From positions 147,978-211,977 of the forward strand of contig JAYQJM010000005.1 in NCBI GenBank assembly GCA_038142145.1: a DNA stretch of 64,000 nucleotides, given 5' to 3'. This DNA comes from Candidatus Actinomarina sp. GTDB lineage: Bacteria; Actinomycetota; Acidimicrobiia; Actinomarinales; Actinomarinaceae. Under the pieces are notes generated by a model. It saw only the letters and a program-made list of their open reading frames with translations, ran no database searches and was not told where the DNA came from. Made by a program: the position numbers and the translations under genes. Positions 50,718 through 61,305 of this stretch are shown piece after piece; positions within the stretch are counted from its first letter, which is position 1; every line of letters starts with the position of its first letter.

Positions 50718-51295
50718 TTTCTCATATCAACATATGGAAGTACCTTTTGTACAACTGGTCCAATTCCAATTACAAATAGTATTGTAACGTAACCAACAAG
50801 TCCTCCAAGCAACCACCCAGTTAAAAATGCAAATAATTCAATAATATTTCTTGCGAATCCGATTTTTAAACCAAGAGCTTCAAGACCTGTCATAATTCCA
50901 TCTCTTGGACCAACGCCAAGTCCTGCACCAACATATATCGCTGTTCCGGACCCAATTGCAATAATTCCTAAAAAGATTAATAATCCACTTTGAAACAAAT
51001 TAGAAGCCACATTAAAAGAAGGTATTATTAAATCTGCTACTGTACCAACTAGAAAGACATCAATTAAAGTTCCAATCCCTGGTTTCTGTTTTAGTGGAAT
51101 CCACAGCAACATAATAAAAATACCTGTAAAAATAATTGTTCTTCCATATGTTATTCCTAATGTTTTGGAAAGTCCGTCGTGAAATACTCCCCAAGGTCCT
51201 AAGCCTAGATTTGCTAGGTAATTCAAAGAGATGCCAACACCAATTAATGAAGTACCAAAAAAAACTTGAAATAATTGTCTAAGAATTCTTGGCAT
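50714..51295 (-). CDS. YczE-like integral membrane protein
   Basis: 193 aa; LGLGPWGVF and GVGPRDG motifs typical of the YczE/YitT-related family (by eye). Confidence 0.6.
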   Translation of the reverse strand: MPRILRQLFQVFFGTSLIGVGISLNYLANLGLGPWGVFHDGLSKTLGITYGRTIIFTGIFIMLLWIPLKQKPGIGTLIDVFLVGTVADLIIPSFNVASNLFQSGLLIFLGIIAIGSGTAIYVGAGLGVGPRDGIMTGLEALGLKIGFARNIIELFAFLTGWLLGGLVGYVTILFVIGIGPVVQKVLPYVDMRK

Positions 51296-51333
51296 CTGTT
51301 CAGATTACAATCGTTAGTAATTAAAATAATTAT

Positions 51334-52053
51334 GTGAGAAAAATCTTTATAATATTGTTTGCGCTACTTGTATCTTGTAATCAAACTTCTAATGAAGATA
51401 TTCTTACTGAAGCATCTACTGAAGTTGAAACCACTCAAACTTCTGTATTAACTCAAGATGAAACTACAACAACGCTTGTTGAAGTTAGTCAACTTGATCC
51501 GTTTAGAGATAGAACTTACACAATAATTAAAGAAGAATCCAGAGCTTCTTATTTAGCACCAAAACAGTTTTTAAACTCAGGTCTAGAAACTGTTGAAGGA
51601 ATTACAAGAGAGGTTGAAGGTTCGTTTGATGTTTCACTTGATTCTTGTGACTCATCTGATTCTTGTATTACAATTTCTAATCTTTATATAAAAGTTGATA
51701 TATCTGCTTTAAAAAGTTCAAGTGTAATAAGAGACCAAGCAATGAACAATCAGTGGCTTCAGTCAGCACTTTTTCCAATTGCAATTTTCACCATTGATGA
51801 AGAAACTATTCCAAATAAAAATTTTGATTCCAAAATTGAAGATGTCTTTGTAGGAAAACTAACAATTAGAGAAATTGAACTAGACACTCCTTTTTCAATC
51901 ACTGCATATATTCAAGATGAAAAGCTATTTGTAACCGGGTTTACAGAAATTGATACAACTTGGTTTGGATTTGATGCTCCTACAAAATTCAATGCATGGG
52001 AGGTTCTAAATCCTATAGGAATTTCTGTAAGCCTTGTCGCTGAAGAAAAATAG
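51334..52053 (+). CDS. YceI-like lipoprotein
   Basis: GTG start; signal peptide plus lipobox LLVS|C; Thr-rich linker; YceI-like beta-barrel blocks (ASYLAPKQF...VEGITREVEGSF). Confidence 0.65.
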   Translation: MRKIFIILFALLVSCNQTSNEDILTEASTEVETTQTSVLTQDETTTTLVEVSQLDPFRDRTYTIIKEESRASYLAPKQFLNSGLETVEGITREVEGSFDVSLDSCDSSDSCITISNLYIKVDISALKSSSVIRDQAMNNQWLQSALFPIAIFTIDEETIPNKNFDSKIEDVFVGKLTIREIELDTPFSITAYIQDEKLFVTGFTEIDTTWFGFDAPTKFNAWEVLNPIGISVSLVAEEK

Positions 52054-52575
52054 TTGAATTATTTTTTTAACTTTCAAAATCTTGAATATAAGCCAGTTCA
52101 AACTTTAAAGAGTTACGCGTCAGTAGCAATATTAATTTATAAAAATTCAGAAATATTATTCATTAAACGATCTAATGAAATGCCAACACATAAGGGACAA
52201 ATAGCATTTCCAGGAGGTAGGTATGAACAAGAAGATAAATCTATTGTTGACACAGCAACCCGAGAAGCTTGCGAAGAGTTATTGATCGACAATTCAGATA
52301 TAGAGCCATTCGGAATTATGAACTCATTTGACACAGTAGAATACAAATTTGATGTTTACCCTGTTTTATGTAATTTGTTAAATAAGTCATATTCATTTAA
52401 TAAAAAAGAAGTTCAAAATGTTTTTTATGTTCCAATAGATAACTTGATGAATAAAAATAATTGGAATTACAGAGGGAGATATGAAGGAGATTGGATATAT
52501 CACATAAAAGATGAAGTCTTATGGGGCGCAACAGCAAATATGGTAAAAAAGCTTTTTAATTTAAATTTAACTTGA
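52054..52575 (+). CDS. Nudix hydrolase, CoA pyrophosphatase-like
   Basis: TTG start; LFIKRS...HKGQIAFPGG preceding the Nudix box GGRYEQEDKSIVDTATREACEELLI. Confidence 0.8.
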   Translation: MNYFFNFQNLEYKPVQTLKSYASVAILIYKNSEILFIKRSNEMPTHKGQIAFPGGRYEQEDKSIVDTATREACEELLIDNSDIEPFGIMNSFDTVEYKFDVYPVLCNLLNKSYSFNKKEVQNVFYVPIDNLMNKNNWNYRGRYEGDWIYHIKDEVLWGATANMVKKLFNLNLT

Positions 52576-53484
52576 GTTTTCAGACTCATCTTTTACAGCA
52601 AGATACAGAGAAATAAAAATTAAAGATAATGTGAAATAAAATATATTACTTATAACTTCATTTAAGAAAATATAGCCTACAAAAATCCCAACTATTGGCA
52701 CAATGTAATCTACTAATGTTGTAAAGGTTGCAGACAATCGTTTTATTGTGTAAAAAAATAATGAATAATTAAATATATCGATAAATACTAAACCAAAGAG
52801 TTTTAAGTAACCTTCAAATGTCAAAATTGAAAATTCTACATCTAAAAGTAAAAATAAAATAAGAGATATAAATGTTCCTGTTAACCACTGGGTTAGCAAG
52901 TATGTCTTTGCAGGAATTAATTTCGAGTCTCTTTTATTAGTTATATTACTAAGAGCAAGACCCTGTACACCTACTATTGCTAGAGTCCCTCCTAATAATA
53001 AATTTCCTCCACTATTAACACCTGTTACACCAGATAGAAATAACACAATCAGTCCTGATAGACCCAAAATCACAGAAAATAATTTAGTCTTAGTAATCTT
53101 TTCTTCTTTATAAAATAGAAAAACCCAAATTACTGTAAATAATGGAATCGTTGATATGAAAATACTTTGAAGTCCTGAGGATATGTATTTAAGTGCAAAT
53201 ACGAATGTCCAACCTGGTAAAAAAATAGCTAGAAATCCGGTTAACCCTCCCTTTTTTAAAGTAGATAAACTAATTTCCTTTCTAAACTCTTTAAAACAAT
53301 ACAGCGCCATTAGAATCGTCACTAAAGTAATCCTTTGAGTAACAATGAGGACTTCATTTACTCCATCAAGTATTAAGCTTCTGTTTAGCAGACCGTGAAA
53401 TCCAAATAGTGAACCTATTAAAATAATGTTTCTTAGTCCAGAGTAAACTGACATAGAATATTCGGATTTGATATGACTCTCCAA
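52567..53484 (-). CDS. DMT-superfamily (EamA-like) transporter
   Basis: 305 aa, about 10 TM helices in two repeated halves. Confidence 0.7.
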   Translation of the reverse strand: MESHIKSEYSMSVYSGLRNIILIGSLFGFHGLLNRSLILDGVNEVLIVTQRITLVTILMALYCFKEFRKEISLSTLKKGGLTGFLAIFLPGWTFVFALKYISSGLQSIFISTIPLFTVIWVFLFYKEEKITKTKLFSVILGLSGLIVLFLSGVTGVNSGGNLLLGGTLAIVGVQGLALSNITNKRDSKLIPAKTYLLTQWLTGTFISLILFLLLDVEFSILTFEGYLKLFGLVFIDIFNYSLFFYTIKRLSATFTTLVDYIVPIVGIFVGYIFLNEVISNIFYFTLSLIFISLYLAVKDESENSS

Positions 53485-53512
53485 TCTAATTTAATTTATT
53501 AGAATAGCAGAT

Positions 53513-54487
53513 ATGAAAACAGTTTTTTCTGGAATACAGCCTACCGGAATTGTGCATTTGGGCAATCTTTTAGGTGCTATAAACAATTGGGCCAAAATAT
53601 CTAAAGAAGAATCAAATAATTACTTTTGTATAGTTGATTTACATTCATTAACTTCACTACCTAAAAGGAATGAGCTAAATTCAAGCATAGTTTCTACATC
53701 AAAAGCCTTGTTTTCTTCTGGGATTGATTTAAACAACTCAATTATTTATTTACAAAGTGATCTTCCTCAACATTCTTACTTGTCATGGATTTTATCTAGC
53801 TATTGTCAGATTGGTGAACTTCAACGAATGACACAATTTAAAGAAAAATCGTCTTCTCATGGAACACATGCGGGTCTTTTTACATACCCAATACTGATGG
53901 CTGCTGACATTCTTATTCATAAAGCAAATGAAGTTCCTGTAGGAGAAGATCAGACCCAACATCTTGAATTGACTAGAAATATTGCCGAAAGGTTTAATAA
54001 TTATTATGGTGATGTTTTTCCAATTCCTGAAAAAACTGGCAATTCAATTGCTAAAAGAGTTATGTCATTAAGACACCCTGATAAAAAGATGTCTAAAAGT
54101 GCCGATGATTTAAATGGAACTGTCTACATAAGTGACTCTAAAGATGAGATCATGAAAAAATTCAAGTCATCCGTTACGGATTCAGAAAGTGAAATTAGGT
54201 ATGATACAGAATCAAAACAAGGGATAAGTAATTTGTTAGAAATCTATTCTTCTATAAACAATATATCTATTGATGATTCAGAGAAAGAATTTTCAAACTC
54301 TCAATACGGTGAATTTAAGATTGCCGTAGGAGAATCTGTAGTTAATTTTCTTAATCCAATACAAGAAAATTTTAATGAGTACTCTGACGAGAAGGTACTA
54401 GACACACTCAAAGAAAATGCAACAAAAGCAAATGAATCAGCAGATAAGACTATTTCTGTTGTTAAAGAAGCTATCGGTCTTAACTAG
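53513..54487 (+). CDS. trpS: Tryptophan--tRNA ligase
   Basis: SGIQPTG..HLGN (HIGH-type) and KMSKS motifs, GEDQTQH; 324 aa. Confidence 0.95.
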   Translation: MKTVFSGIQPTGIVHLGNLLGAINNWAKISKEESNNYFCIVDLHSLTSLPKRNELNSSIVSTSKALFSSGIDLNNSIIYLQSDLPQHSYLSWILSSYCQIGELQRMTQFKEKSSSHGTHAGLFTYPILMAADILIHKANEVPVGEDQTQHLELTRNIAERFNNYYGDVFPIPEKTGNSIAKRVMSLRHPDKKMSKSADDLNGTVYISDSKDEIMKKFKSSVTDSESEIRYDTESKQGISNLLEIYSSINNISIDDSEKEFSNSQYGEFKIAVGESVVNFLNPIQENFNEYSDEKVLDTLKENATKANESADKTISVVKEAIGLN

Positions 54488-54500
54488 TCTTCGAAATTAA

Positions 54501-56642
54501 ATGATTGACCCAATAAACGTTCCAGAGAAATGGAACGAGTTTTTAAACCCAAGCCAAATAGAGGCAATTGAAACAACGGAAGGACCAGTTCTAATTATGG
54601 CAGGAGCGGGTTCAGGTAAAACTAGAGTTTTAACACACAGGTATGCTCATTTAGTTCAAAATCATAAAATAAATATTGAAAATATTCTTGCAATTACTTT
54701 TACGAATAAAGCAGCAGAGGAAATGAAAACAAGAATTAGCAGTTTGCTAAATCTTGAAATTTCTCCCAGATGGATATCTACTTTTCATAGTTTATGTGTA
54801 AAAATTTTAAGAATTAATGGAAATGTTCTGGGCTATAAAAATAACTTTACTATTTATGATCAATCTGATTCAAACAAGGTAATAAAAAATTGTATGTCCG
54901 AAAATAACGTAGATTTCAAACAATATTCTCCAAAAAGGTTTCAAGCACATATTTCAAATTTAAAAAATAATATGATTCTACCTGGACAAGCACTCGAAGA
55001 TGCAGAGTCATTTTTTGATGTTAAAGTTGCTGAAATTTATTCAGCATATGAAAGAAAACTTATGATGTCGAACGCATTAGATTTCGATGACTTATTAATA
55101 AAAACTGTTGAGCTTTTGAGTAATCATAAAAATATTTTGGAAATTTGGGCAAAGAAATTTAAATACATAATGGTTGATGAGTATCAGGATACCAACTTCG
55201 TTCAGTACAAGTTAGTTGAACTATTAGGGTCAAATAATAAGAATGTATGTGTTGTAGGCGATTCAGATCAAAGTATATATGCATTTAGAGGGGCAGATAT
55301 TAGAAATATTGTTGAATTTGAAAAAGATTTTATAAATGCCAAAGTTATTCAACTTGATAAAAATTATAGATCATCAAAGAGGATTCTTGACTTAGCAAAC
55401 ACTGTAATTTCAAATAACCCAAGAAAAATTGAAAAAAATCTCTGGACTGATAATGAAGAAGGTTTAGAGATTAGTTCAATAAGGTTTAGATCAGAAAAAG
55501 ATGAGGCACGGTGGGTTGCAGGTGAGGTTGATAAGTTAATAAAAGAAAATAGTGATAATCAAATTGCAATTTTTTACAGAACAAATAGTCAATCAAGGTT
55601 ATTTGAAGAAGAGTTACGTTACTTAAATATAAACCATAAATTAATTGGGAGCGTTAGGTTTTATGACAGAAAAGAAATTAAAGATATAATTTCTTACCTA
55701 AAATTTGTAATTAATGATAGTGATTTAGTCTCATTTGAAAGAATTGTAAATGTACCGCGAAGAGGAATTGGTGAATCTAGTGTTGCTAAGTTAAGAAATT
55801 ATATTAACGAAAATAATATTTCAATTTACGATTTACTAAATGATATTGAGGTTATTGATAATATCTCACCTCGAATCAAATCTAAACTCACTGAATTTAA
55901 AGATTTAATAGTTCAGTTAAAGACTTATGGACTAGAAGGGCCATCAAAACTAATAACTATGATTCTTGAGTTAACTGGTTATAAGTTGGAATTAATTAAA
56001 GAAGGAACATTAGAAGCTCAAATGAGAATGGAAAATATCGAAGAGTTAATTACTTCTGCTAATAATTTTGAGAATTTATATGATGATGAAATTGATGAGC
56101 CTTTTTCAAAATTACGTGACTATCTAGAGTCAATAGCATTATTTTCCGAAACAGATAATTTAGGAGAATCCGATAATGTCTTACTAATGACGCTTCATAA
56201 TGCAAAAGGGCTTGAATTTCCTTACGTATTTATGACAGGAATGGAGGAAAATCTATTTCCACATGAAAGAAGTACGTCATCATCTAAATTTGAAATTGAA
56301 GAAGAAAGAAGACTTTGCTATGTAGGAATTACTCGCGCAGAAAAAAAATTATATATGACACATGCTTGGTCAAGAACTTTATTTGGTGGTACTGTATACA
56401 ATCTTCCGAGTAGGTTTCTAGAAGAGGGAAGTGATCACTTCGATACAATTGATTTTAATCAAATTGCTGAAGCAAATGATAATTCTGAAATCAATGGGTC
56501 AGTGGGTCAAAAAGTTGAACATCAAAAGTATGGAATAGGAGTTATAACTGAAGTTCAGGGAAATGAAATAACAGTTGAGTTTAAAGATGAGGTTGGAACT
56601 AAGTATCTAGATGTCGAATGGGCACCTATAAAATTCTTGTAA
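54501..56642 (+). CDS. pcrA: ATP-dependent DNA helicase PcrA/UvrD
   Basis: AGAGSGKT, VDEYQDTN, LDKNYRS, TLHNAKGLEF, YVGITRA SF1 motifs; 713 aa; precedes sucCD as in mycobacteria. Confidence 0.93.
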   Translation: MIDPINVPEKWNEFLNPSQIEAIETTEGPVLIMAGAGSGKTRVLTHRYAHLVQNHKINIENILAITFTNKAAEEMKTRISSLLNLEISPRWISTFHSLCVKILRINGNVLGYKNNFTIYDQSDSNKVIKNCMSENNVDFKQYSPKRFQAHISNLKNNMILPGQALEDAESFFDVKVAEIYSAYERKLMMSNALDFDDLLIKTVELLSNHKNILEIWAKKFKYIMVDEYQDTNFVQYKLVELLGSNNKNVCVVGDSDQSIYAFRGADIRNIVEFEKDFINAKVIQLDKNYRSSKRILDLANTVISNNPRKIEKNLWTDNEEGLEISSIRFRSEKDEARWVAGEVDKLIKENSDNQIAIFYRTNSQSRLFEEELRYLNINHKLIGSVRFYDRKEIKDIISYLKFVINDSDLVSFERIVNVPRRGIGESSVAKLRNYINENNISIYDLLNDIEVIDNISPRIKSKLTEFKDLIVQLKTYGLEGPSKLITMILELTGYKLELIKEGTLEAQMRMENIEELITSANNFENLYDDEIDEPFSKLRDYLESIALFSETDNLGESDNVLLMTLHNAKGLEFPYVFMTGMEENLFPHERSTSSSKFEIEEERRLCYVGITRAEKKLYMTHAWSRTLFGGTVYNLPSRFLEEGSDHFDTIDFNQIAEANDNSEINGSVGQKVEHQKYGIGVITEVQGNEITVEFKDEVGTKYLDVEWAPIKFL

Positions 56643-56694
56643 TAAGTGGCCATAAGTCTAATTTTTTTGTAATCTAATATGTTGTTAAACCATT

Positions 56695-57825
56695 ATGAAT
56701 CTATTTGAATACCAAGGAAAAGAACTTTACAAAAAATATGGTATAGATACACCAAATTCATTTTTTGTTTCAAAGTTAGAAAATTTAAAAAATCACAATT
56801 TAAACTTTCCACTAGTTGTTAAGTCTCAAGTACAAGTAGGTGGAAGAGGCAAAGCTGGAGGAATCAAAGTTGCCAAAAATGAGCAAGAGTTAGAAGATTT
56901 TTCAAATGAAATAATGGGCATGGACATTAAAGGTCATATTGTTGAGAGCTTGCTTATAGAAGAAGCTTCAACAATTAAAGAAGAATATTATGTCTCTTTT
57001 ACTCTTGATAGGTCAGAAAAAAAATATTTGATGATGTTAAGTGCAAAAGGTGGCATGGATATAGAAGAGGTAGCAGCAAATAATCCAGATGACTTAATCA
57101 AATTGCATATATCACCTTCAAAAGGGTTAAACAAAGAAATGGTTTCAAAGGCAGTAGAAGAAGCAAAGCTAAATTTTGACTATTCAGAAGAACTGATTGA
57201 CATGATATCTAACTTATATCGTCTTTTTGTAGAAGGAGATTGTGATTTAGTCGAGGTAAATCCTTTAGCGATTACCGATAAAGGCGTATCTGCACTTGAT
57301 TCAAAAGTATCTTTAGATACAAATGCAAATTATAGACATGAAGAATTTGAAAAATTTGAAAATGAAATTCCAATACCAAAATCTGAGCAACATGCAAAAG
57401 AATTAGGTCTTAATTTTATTAAATTAGATGGATCAGTAGGGATAATAGGTAATGGCGCAGGTCTAGTTATGTCTACTTTAGATGTTGTGTCAGAGCATGG
57501 TGGTAAAGCTGCAAACTTTTTGGATATAGGTGGAGGAGCGAAGGCAGAAACTGTGACATCCGCCTTGGAAGTTTTAGAGTCAGAATCAGAAGTGAAAAGT
57601 GTTCTCATAAATATATTTGGCGGAATTACTAGATGTGATCTAGTTGCTGAAGGCATTGTTGAAGCTACAAAAGGGAAGGTTCTAAAATGGCCGATAGTAG
57701 TTAGGCTTGATGGAACAAATTCAAAAGAAGGTCTTGAAATTTTAAAGGATAACAAAAATGAGAAGATTATTATTTCTGACTCAATGGATGAAGCAGCAAT
57801 TGCTGCCGTAAAAGAGGCAAAATAA
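56695..57825 (+). CDS. sucC: Succinate--CoA ligase subunit beta
   Basis: [12 protein letters not shown] start; ATP-grasp; [22 protein letters not shown]. Confidence 0.97.
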   Translation: MNLFEYQGKELYKKYGIDTPNSFFVSKLENLKNHNLNFPLVVKSQVQVGGRGKAGGIKVAKNEQELEDFSNEIMGMDIKGHIVESLLIEEASTIKEEYYVSFTLDRSEKKYLMMLSAKGGMDIEEVAANNPDDLIKLHISPSKGLNKEMVSKAVEEAKLNFDYSEELIDMISNLYRLFVEGDCDLVEVNPLAITDKGVSALDSKVSLDTNANYRHEEFEKFENEIPIPKSEQHAKELGLNFIKLDGSVGIIGNGAGLVMSTLDVVSEHGGKAANFLDIGGGAKAETVTSALEVLESESEVKSVLINIFGGITRCDLVAEGIVEATKGKVLKWPIVVRLDGTNSKEGLEILKDNKNEKIIISDSMDEAAIAAVKEAK

Positions 57826-58694
57826 TGGCAATTTTAATTGATGAAAATACCAAAGTAGTTGTTCAGGGATTGACTGGTAGAGAAGGGCAATTCCACGCAC
57901 TGAGAAATAGAAGTTATGGCACGAAAGTGGTTGCAGGCACAAGACCTGGAAAAGGTGGTGAGTCTGTTGAAGGTATTCCTATATTTAATACTGTAGAAGA
58001 GGCTGTAAAGGAAACTGGAGCAAATACTGCAATGACATTTGTCCCTCCTGCTTTTGCAAAAGATGCTGTTTTAGAGGCAGCGAATGCTAATTGCGAATTA
58101 ATTGTGTGTATCACAGAAGGTATTCCTGCTAAAGATGAAGCTTTTATGTATGATGTTTTAAACACAACAACAAATGCAAGACTTTTAGGTCCAAATTGCC
58201 CAGGATTAATTTCCCCAGGAAAGTCAAATGTTGGAATAATGCCTCATGAAATAACAAAAGAGGGAAGTGTTGGTGTAGTTTCTAGATCTGGTACTTTAAC
58301 ATATCAAGCAGTTCATGAGTTAACAAGACTAAACATAGGTCAAACTACTTGTATCGGAATTGGTGGAGACCCAGTACCTGGAACTTCATTTATTGATGTA
58401 TTAAAACTTTTTCAAGACGATAGTGAAACTGAGGCAATAGTAATGATTGGAGAAATTGGAGGTAGCGCAGAAGAGGAAGCGGCTGAATTCATTAGTGAAT
58501 ACGTTAAAAAACCAGTTGTGTCCTATATTGCTGGAGTTACAGCTCCTCCAGGTAAAAAAATGGGTCATGCTGGTGCAATAGTGTCAGGAAATAAAGGTAC
58601 TGCAAAAGCAAAAATTGAAGCGTTAACAAATGCAGGAGTACACGTAGTTAGCAATCCAACAAGAATAGGTGAAGCAATAAAGGATAAATTATGA
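57825..58694 (+). CDS. sucD: Succinate--CoA ligase subunit alpha
   Basis: [19 protein letters not shown], phospho-His MGHAGAIV. Confidence 0.97.
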   Translation: MAILIDENTKVVVQGLTGREGQFHALRNRSYGTKVVAGTRPGKGGESVEGIPIFNTVEEAVKETGANTAMTFVPPAFAKDAVLEAANANCELIVCITEGIPAKDEAFMYDVLNTTTNARLLGPNCPGLISPGKSNVGIMPHEITKEGSVGVVSRSGTLTYQAVHELTRLNIGQTTCIGIGGDPVPGTSFIDVLKLFQDDSETEAIVMIGEIGGSAEEEAAEFISEYVKKPVVSYIAGVTAPPGKKMGHAGAIVSGNKGTAKAKIEALTNAGVHVVSNPTRIGEAIKDKL

Positions 58695-59926
58695 ATGAGA
58701 ATCTTAATAGGCAAGATCTAGAAATAGCAATTAACAATACTAGAAAATCTTTCGATACAGACAACCCTGTAGTGCCATTCATAGAAGGTGATGGCATTGG
58801 GATAGATATTTGGCCAGCATCTCAAAGCGTATTTGATGCTGCTGTAAATAAGGCATACTCAAATCAGAGATCTATTAATTGGATTGAAGTACTAGCAGGG
58901 CAAAAAGCTTTTGATAATACTGGAGAGTGGCTTCCTCAAGCAACTTTAGATTCATTTGATGAAAACGGAATTGGAATAAAAGGGCCTTTAACAACACCTG
59001 TTGGGGGAGGGATTAGATCTATCAATGTATCAATTAGACAAAAGTTAGATTTATACGCATGTTTAAGACCACTCCGTTGGTTCACTGGTGTAGAAACTCC
59101 TACAAAAAATCCAGGGAACGTCGATATTGCTCTTTTTAGAGAAAATACAGAAGACGTTTACTCAGGGAAAGAATTAGAAATGGGATCATCTGAAGTAGAA
59201 AAGTTAAACAATTATCTGAAAGATGAATTTGGTTGGGAAATTAGAGAAGATTCCGGAATAGGAATTAAACCAATTTCAAAAACTGCTTCTGAAAGATTGA
59301 TACGTTCTGCTTTACATTATGCAGTTGAAAATGGTAAAAAGAATGTTGCTTTGGTTCATAAAGGTAACATTATGAAATTTACTGAAGGAGCTTTTAGAGG
59401 ATGGGGTTATGATTTGGTTAAAAATGAGTTTTCAGATGTTGCAGTTTCGTGGGAGGAATGCAATGGTAATCCAGGTGACAAAATTCTAGTCCAAGATGTC
59501 ATTGCTGACGCTTTTCTTCAACAAATTTTAATAAAGCCTGAAGAGTTTGATGTGATTGCAACAACAAATCTTAATGGAGACTATGCATCTGATGCACTAG
59601 CAGCACAGATTGGTGGTATTGGCATTAGTCCTGGTGGAAATATCAACTATGAAAATGGTAAGGCTGTATTTGAAGCAACTCATGGTACAGCTCCTAAGTA
59701 TGCTGGACAAAACAAGGCAAATCCAGGATCTTTAATTTTATCAGGTGAGATGATGTTTAGATATATGGGCTGGAATGAAGCTGCAGATTTAATAATTAAG
59801 TCAATGGATAAATCTATAAGTGAAGGTAATGTTACTTACGATTTAGCAAGAGGAAGAGACAATGCAAAGGTCTTATCATCTTCAGACTTTGCTAAAAGTT
59901 TAGTAGAAAATATTGAGGGGTTTTAA
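58691..59926 (+). CDS. icd: Isocitrate dehydrogenase (NADP-dependent, homodimeric type)
   Basis: 411 aa; [30 protein letters not shown] motifs. Confidence 0.95.
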   Translation: MNENLNRQDLEIAINNTRKSFDTDNPVVPFIEGDGIGIDIWPASQSVFDAAVNKAYSNQRSINWIEVLAGQKAFDNTGEWLPQATLDSFDENGIGIKGPLTTPVGGGIRSINVSIRQKLDLYACLRPLRWFTGVETPTKNPGNVDIALFRENTEDVYSGKELEMGSSEVEKLNNYLKDEFGWEIREDSGIGIKPISKTASERLIRSALHYAVENGKKNVALVHKGNIMKFTEGAFRGWGYDLVKNEFSDVAVSWEECNGNPGDKILVQDVIADAFLQQILIKPEEFDVIATTNLNGDYASDALAAQIGGIGISPGGNINYENGKAVFEATHGTAPKYAGQNKANPGSLILSGEMMFRYMGWNEAADLIIKSMDKSISEGNVTYDLARGRDNAKVLSSSDFAKSLVENIEGF

Positions 59927-60864
59927 TGAGTAAAGTAACAATTGTTGGAGCTGGGAAATACGGTTCCATGACAGCATTAAGGACTGCAGAATATGACATT
60001 GTAGATTCAGTCGTGATGACAGATATAGTTGAAGGTCTTCCACAAGGCTTGGCTTTAGATATGAATCAATCTAGATATGTTGAAAATTTTAATTCCAAAA
60101 TTATGGGCACTAATGACTACAAAGACACTGAAGGAAGTGATGTTGTTGTTATAACTGCGGGTCTTCCGAGGAAACCTGGTATGTCTCGAATGGATTTACT
60201 TGAAGTTAATGCAAAGATAGTTAGTGAAGTTACTGAAAACATTTTAAAGTATTCTAATGAACCAATCATAATTGTGGTTACAAATCCATTAGATCAAATG
60301 ACTTCCTTAGTCTCTGAAGTATCTGGTTTACCAAAAAATAAAGTTATAGGTCAAGCTGGTGTTTTAGATTCTTCAAGATTTGCCTATTTTATTTCTGAAA
60401 AACTCAACGTTCCCATGAATAAAGTGGAAGCGTTGACTCTAGGTAGCCATGGAGAGACTATGGTACCTGTTCCATCTCAATGTAAAGTTGGAGATCAAAA
60501 CCTAACTGAACTTTTAAGTGCTGAAGAAATTAATGAATTAGTACAAAAAACTTCTGATGGAGGTGCTGAGATAGTTGCGTTGCTTAAAACTGGTAGCGCA
60601 TACTTTGCTCCGTCTTCAGCTGCAGCGACTATGGTTAAATCAATTATCAATGATTCTAATAAAGTTATGCCTGCATGCTCATGGCTACAGGGAGAGTACG
60701 GTATTGATAATGTATTTCTTGGAGTTCCAACAAAATTAGGAAAAAATGGAGTTACAGAAGTAGTTGAATTAGAGCTTACAAACAGTGAACATGAAGCTCT
60801 TAAAGATGCTTCAGTAGCTGTAAAAGCAAAAATTGAAGAGTTAAATTCAATAATAAGTCAATAA
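59926..60864 (+). CDS. mdh: Malate dehydrogenase (LDH-like family)
   Basis: TIVGAGKYG, ITAGLPRKPGMSR, GSHGETMVP motifs; 312 aa. Confidence 0.94.
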   Translation: MSKVTIVGAGKYGSMTALRTAEYDIVDSVVMTDIVEGLPQGLALDMNQSRYVENFNSKIMGTNDYKDTEGSDVVVITAGLPRKPGMSRMDLLEVNAKIVSEVTENILKYSNEPIIIVVTNPLDQMTSLVSEVSGLPKNKVIGQAGVLDSSRFAYFISEKLNVPMNKVEALTLGSHGETMVPVPSQCKVGDQNLTELLSAEEINELVQKTSDGGAEIVALLKTGSAYFAPSSAAATMVKSIINDSNKVMPACSWLQGEYGIDNVFLGVPTKLGKNGVTEVVELELTNSEHEALKDASVAVKAKIEELNSIISQ

Positions 60865-60982
60865 AATTAGGCTTTTTTTATAAAAAGTCAATAAATTTCG
60901 TATTTAAAGACAAACAAGATTAAAAAAGTATAATGTTTATAGGGTATTTAAAAAAATATCCAATAAAGAAAGGCTAAACAGC

Positions 60983-61255
60983 ATGAATAAAGATCAATTA
61001 GCAAGCGTGGTTGCGGCAGAAGTAGGATTGTCACAATCTGATGCTAAAAAAGCTGTAGATGCCGTGTTTAGTGGCGTAACAAATGGTATGAAAAATGGCG
61101 ATAAGGTTTCTATTGCTGGTTTTGGTACATTTGAGTCAAGATACAGGGCTGCGAGAGAAGGTAGAAATCCTGCAACTGGTGAAACAATCCAAATTGCTGC
61201 GAAAAATGCCCCAGCTTTTAAAGCTGCAAAAGGTTTAAAAGACGCTTTAAATTAA
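60983..61255 (+). CDS. hup: DNA-binding protein HU (core only, no Lys/Ala-rich tail)
   Basis: 90 aa; MNKDQLASVVA..., GFGTFE, GRNPATGETIQI arm. Confidence 0.96.
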   Translation: MNKDQLASVVAAEVGLSQSDAKKAVDAVFSGVTNGMKNGDKVSIAGFGTFESRYRAAREGRNPATGETIQIAAKNAPAFKAAKGLKDALN

Positions 61256-61280
61256 GCTTCTTTTAAATTCTCTTTTTAAA

Positions 61281-61305
61281 AAAGGCGACTTAGTCGCCTT
61301 TTTTA
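61281..61305. terminator. Bidirectional intrinsic terminator between convergent hup and the SCP2-like gene
   Basis: ggcgac (61284-89) / gtcgcc (61293-98), 3-nt loop, flanked by an A-tract and a T-tract. The stop codon of the minus-strand gene (61290-92) is the loop. Confidence 0.75.

Noticed and set aside
42533-53484. Mixed-strand accessory stretch considered as a possible genomic island or defence locus
   Set aside because: There is no integrase, transposase, flanking tRNA, direct repeats or visible compositional break. Gene content is metabolic and transport housekeeping, and no nuclease, methylase or NTPase combination typical of defence systems is present.
57330-57755. 141-aa antisense ORF within sucC, and 57914-58165 within sucD
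   Set aside because: Shadow ORFs inside conserved TCA-cycle genes, with no independent signals.
60941-60962. Small imperfect hairpin (gggtat…atatcc) in the hup 5' UTR
   Set aside because: It has only 6 bp including a G-U pair, with an A-rich loop in AT-rich sequence. This is indistinguishable from chance.
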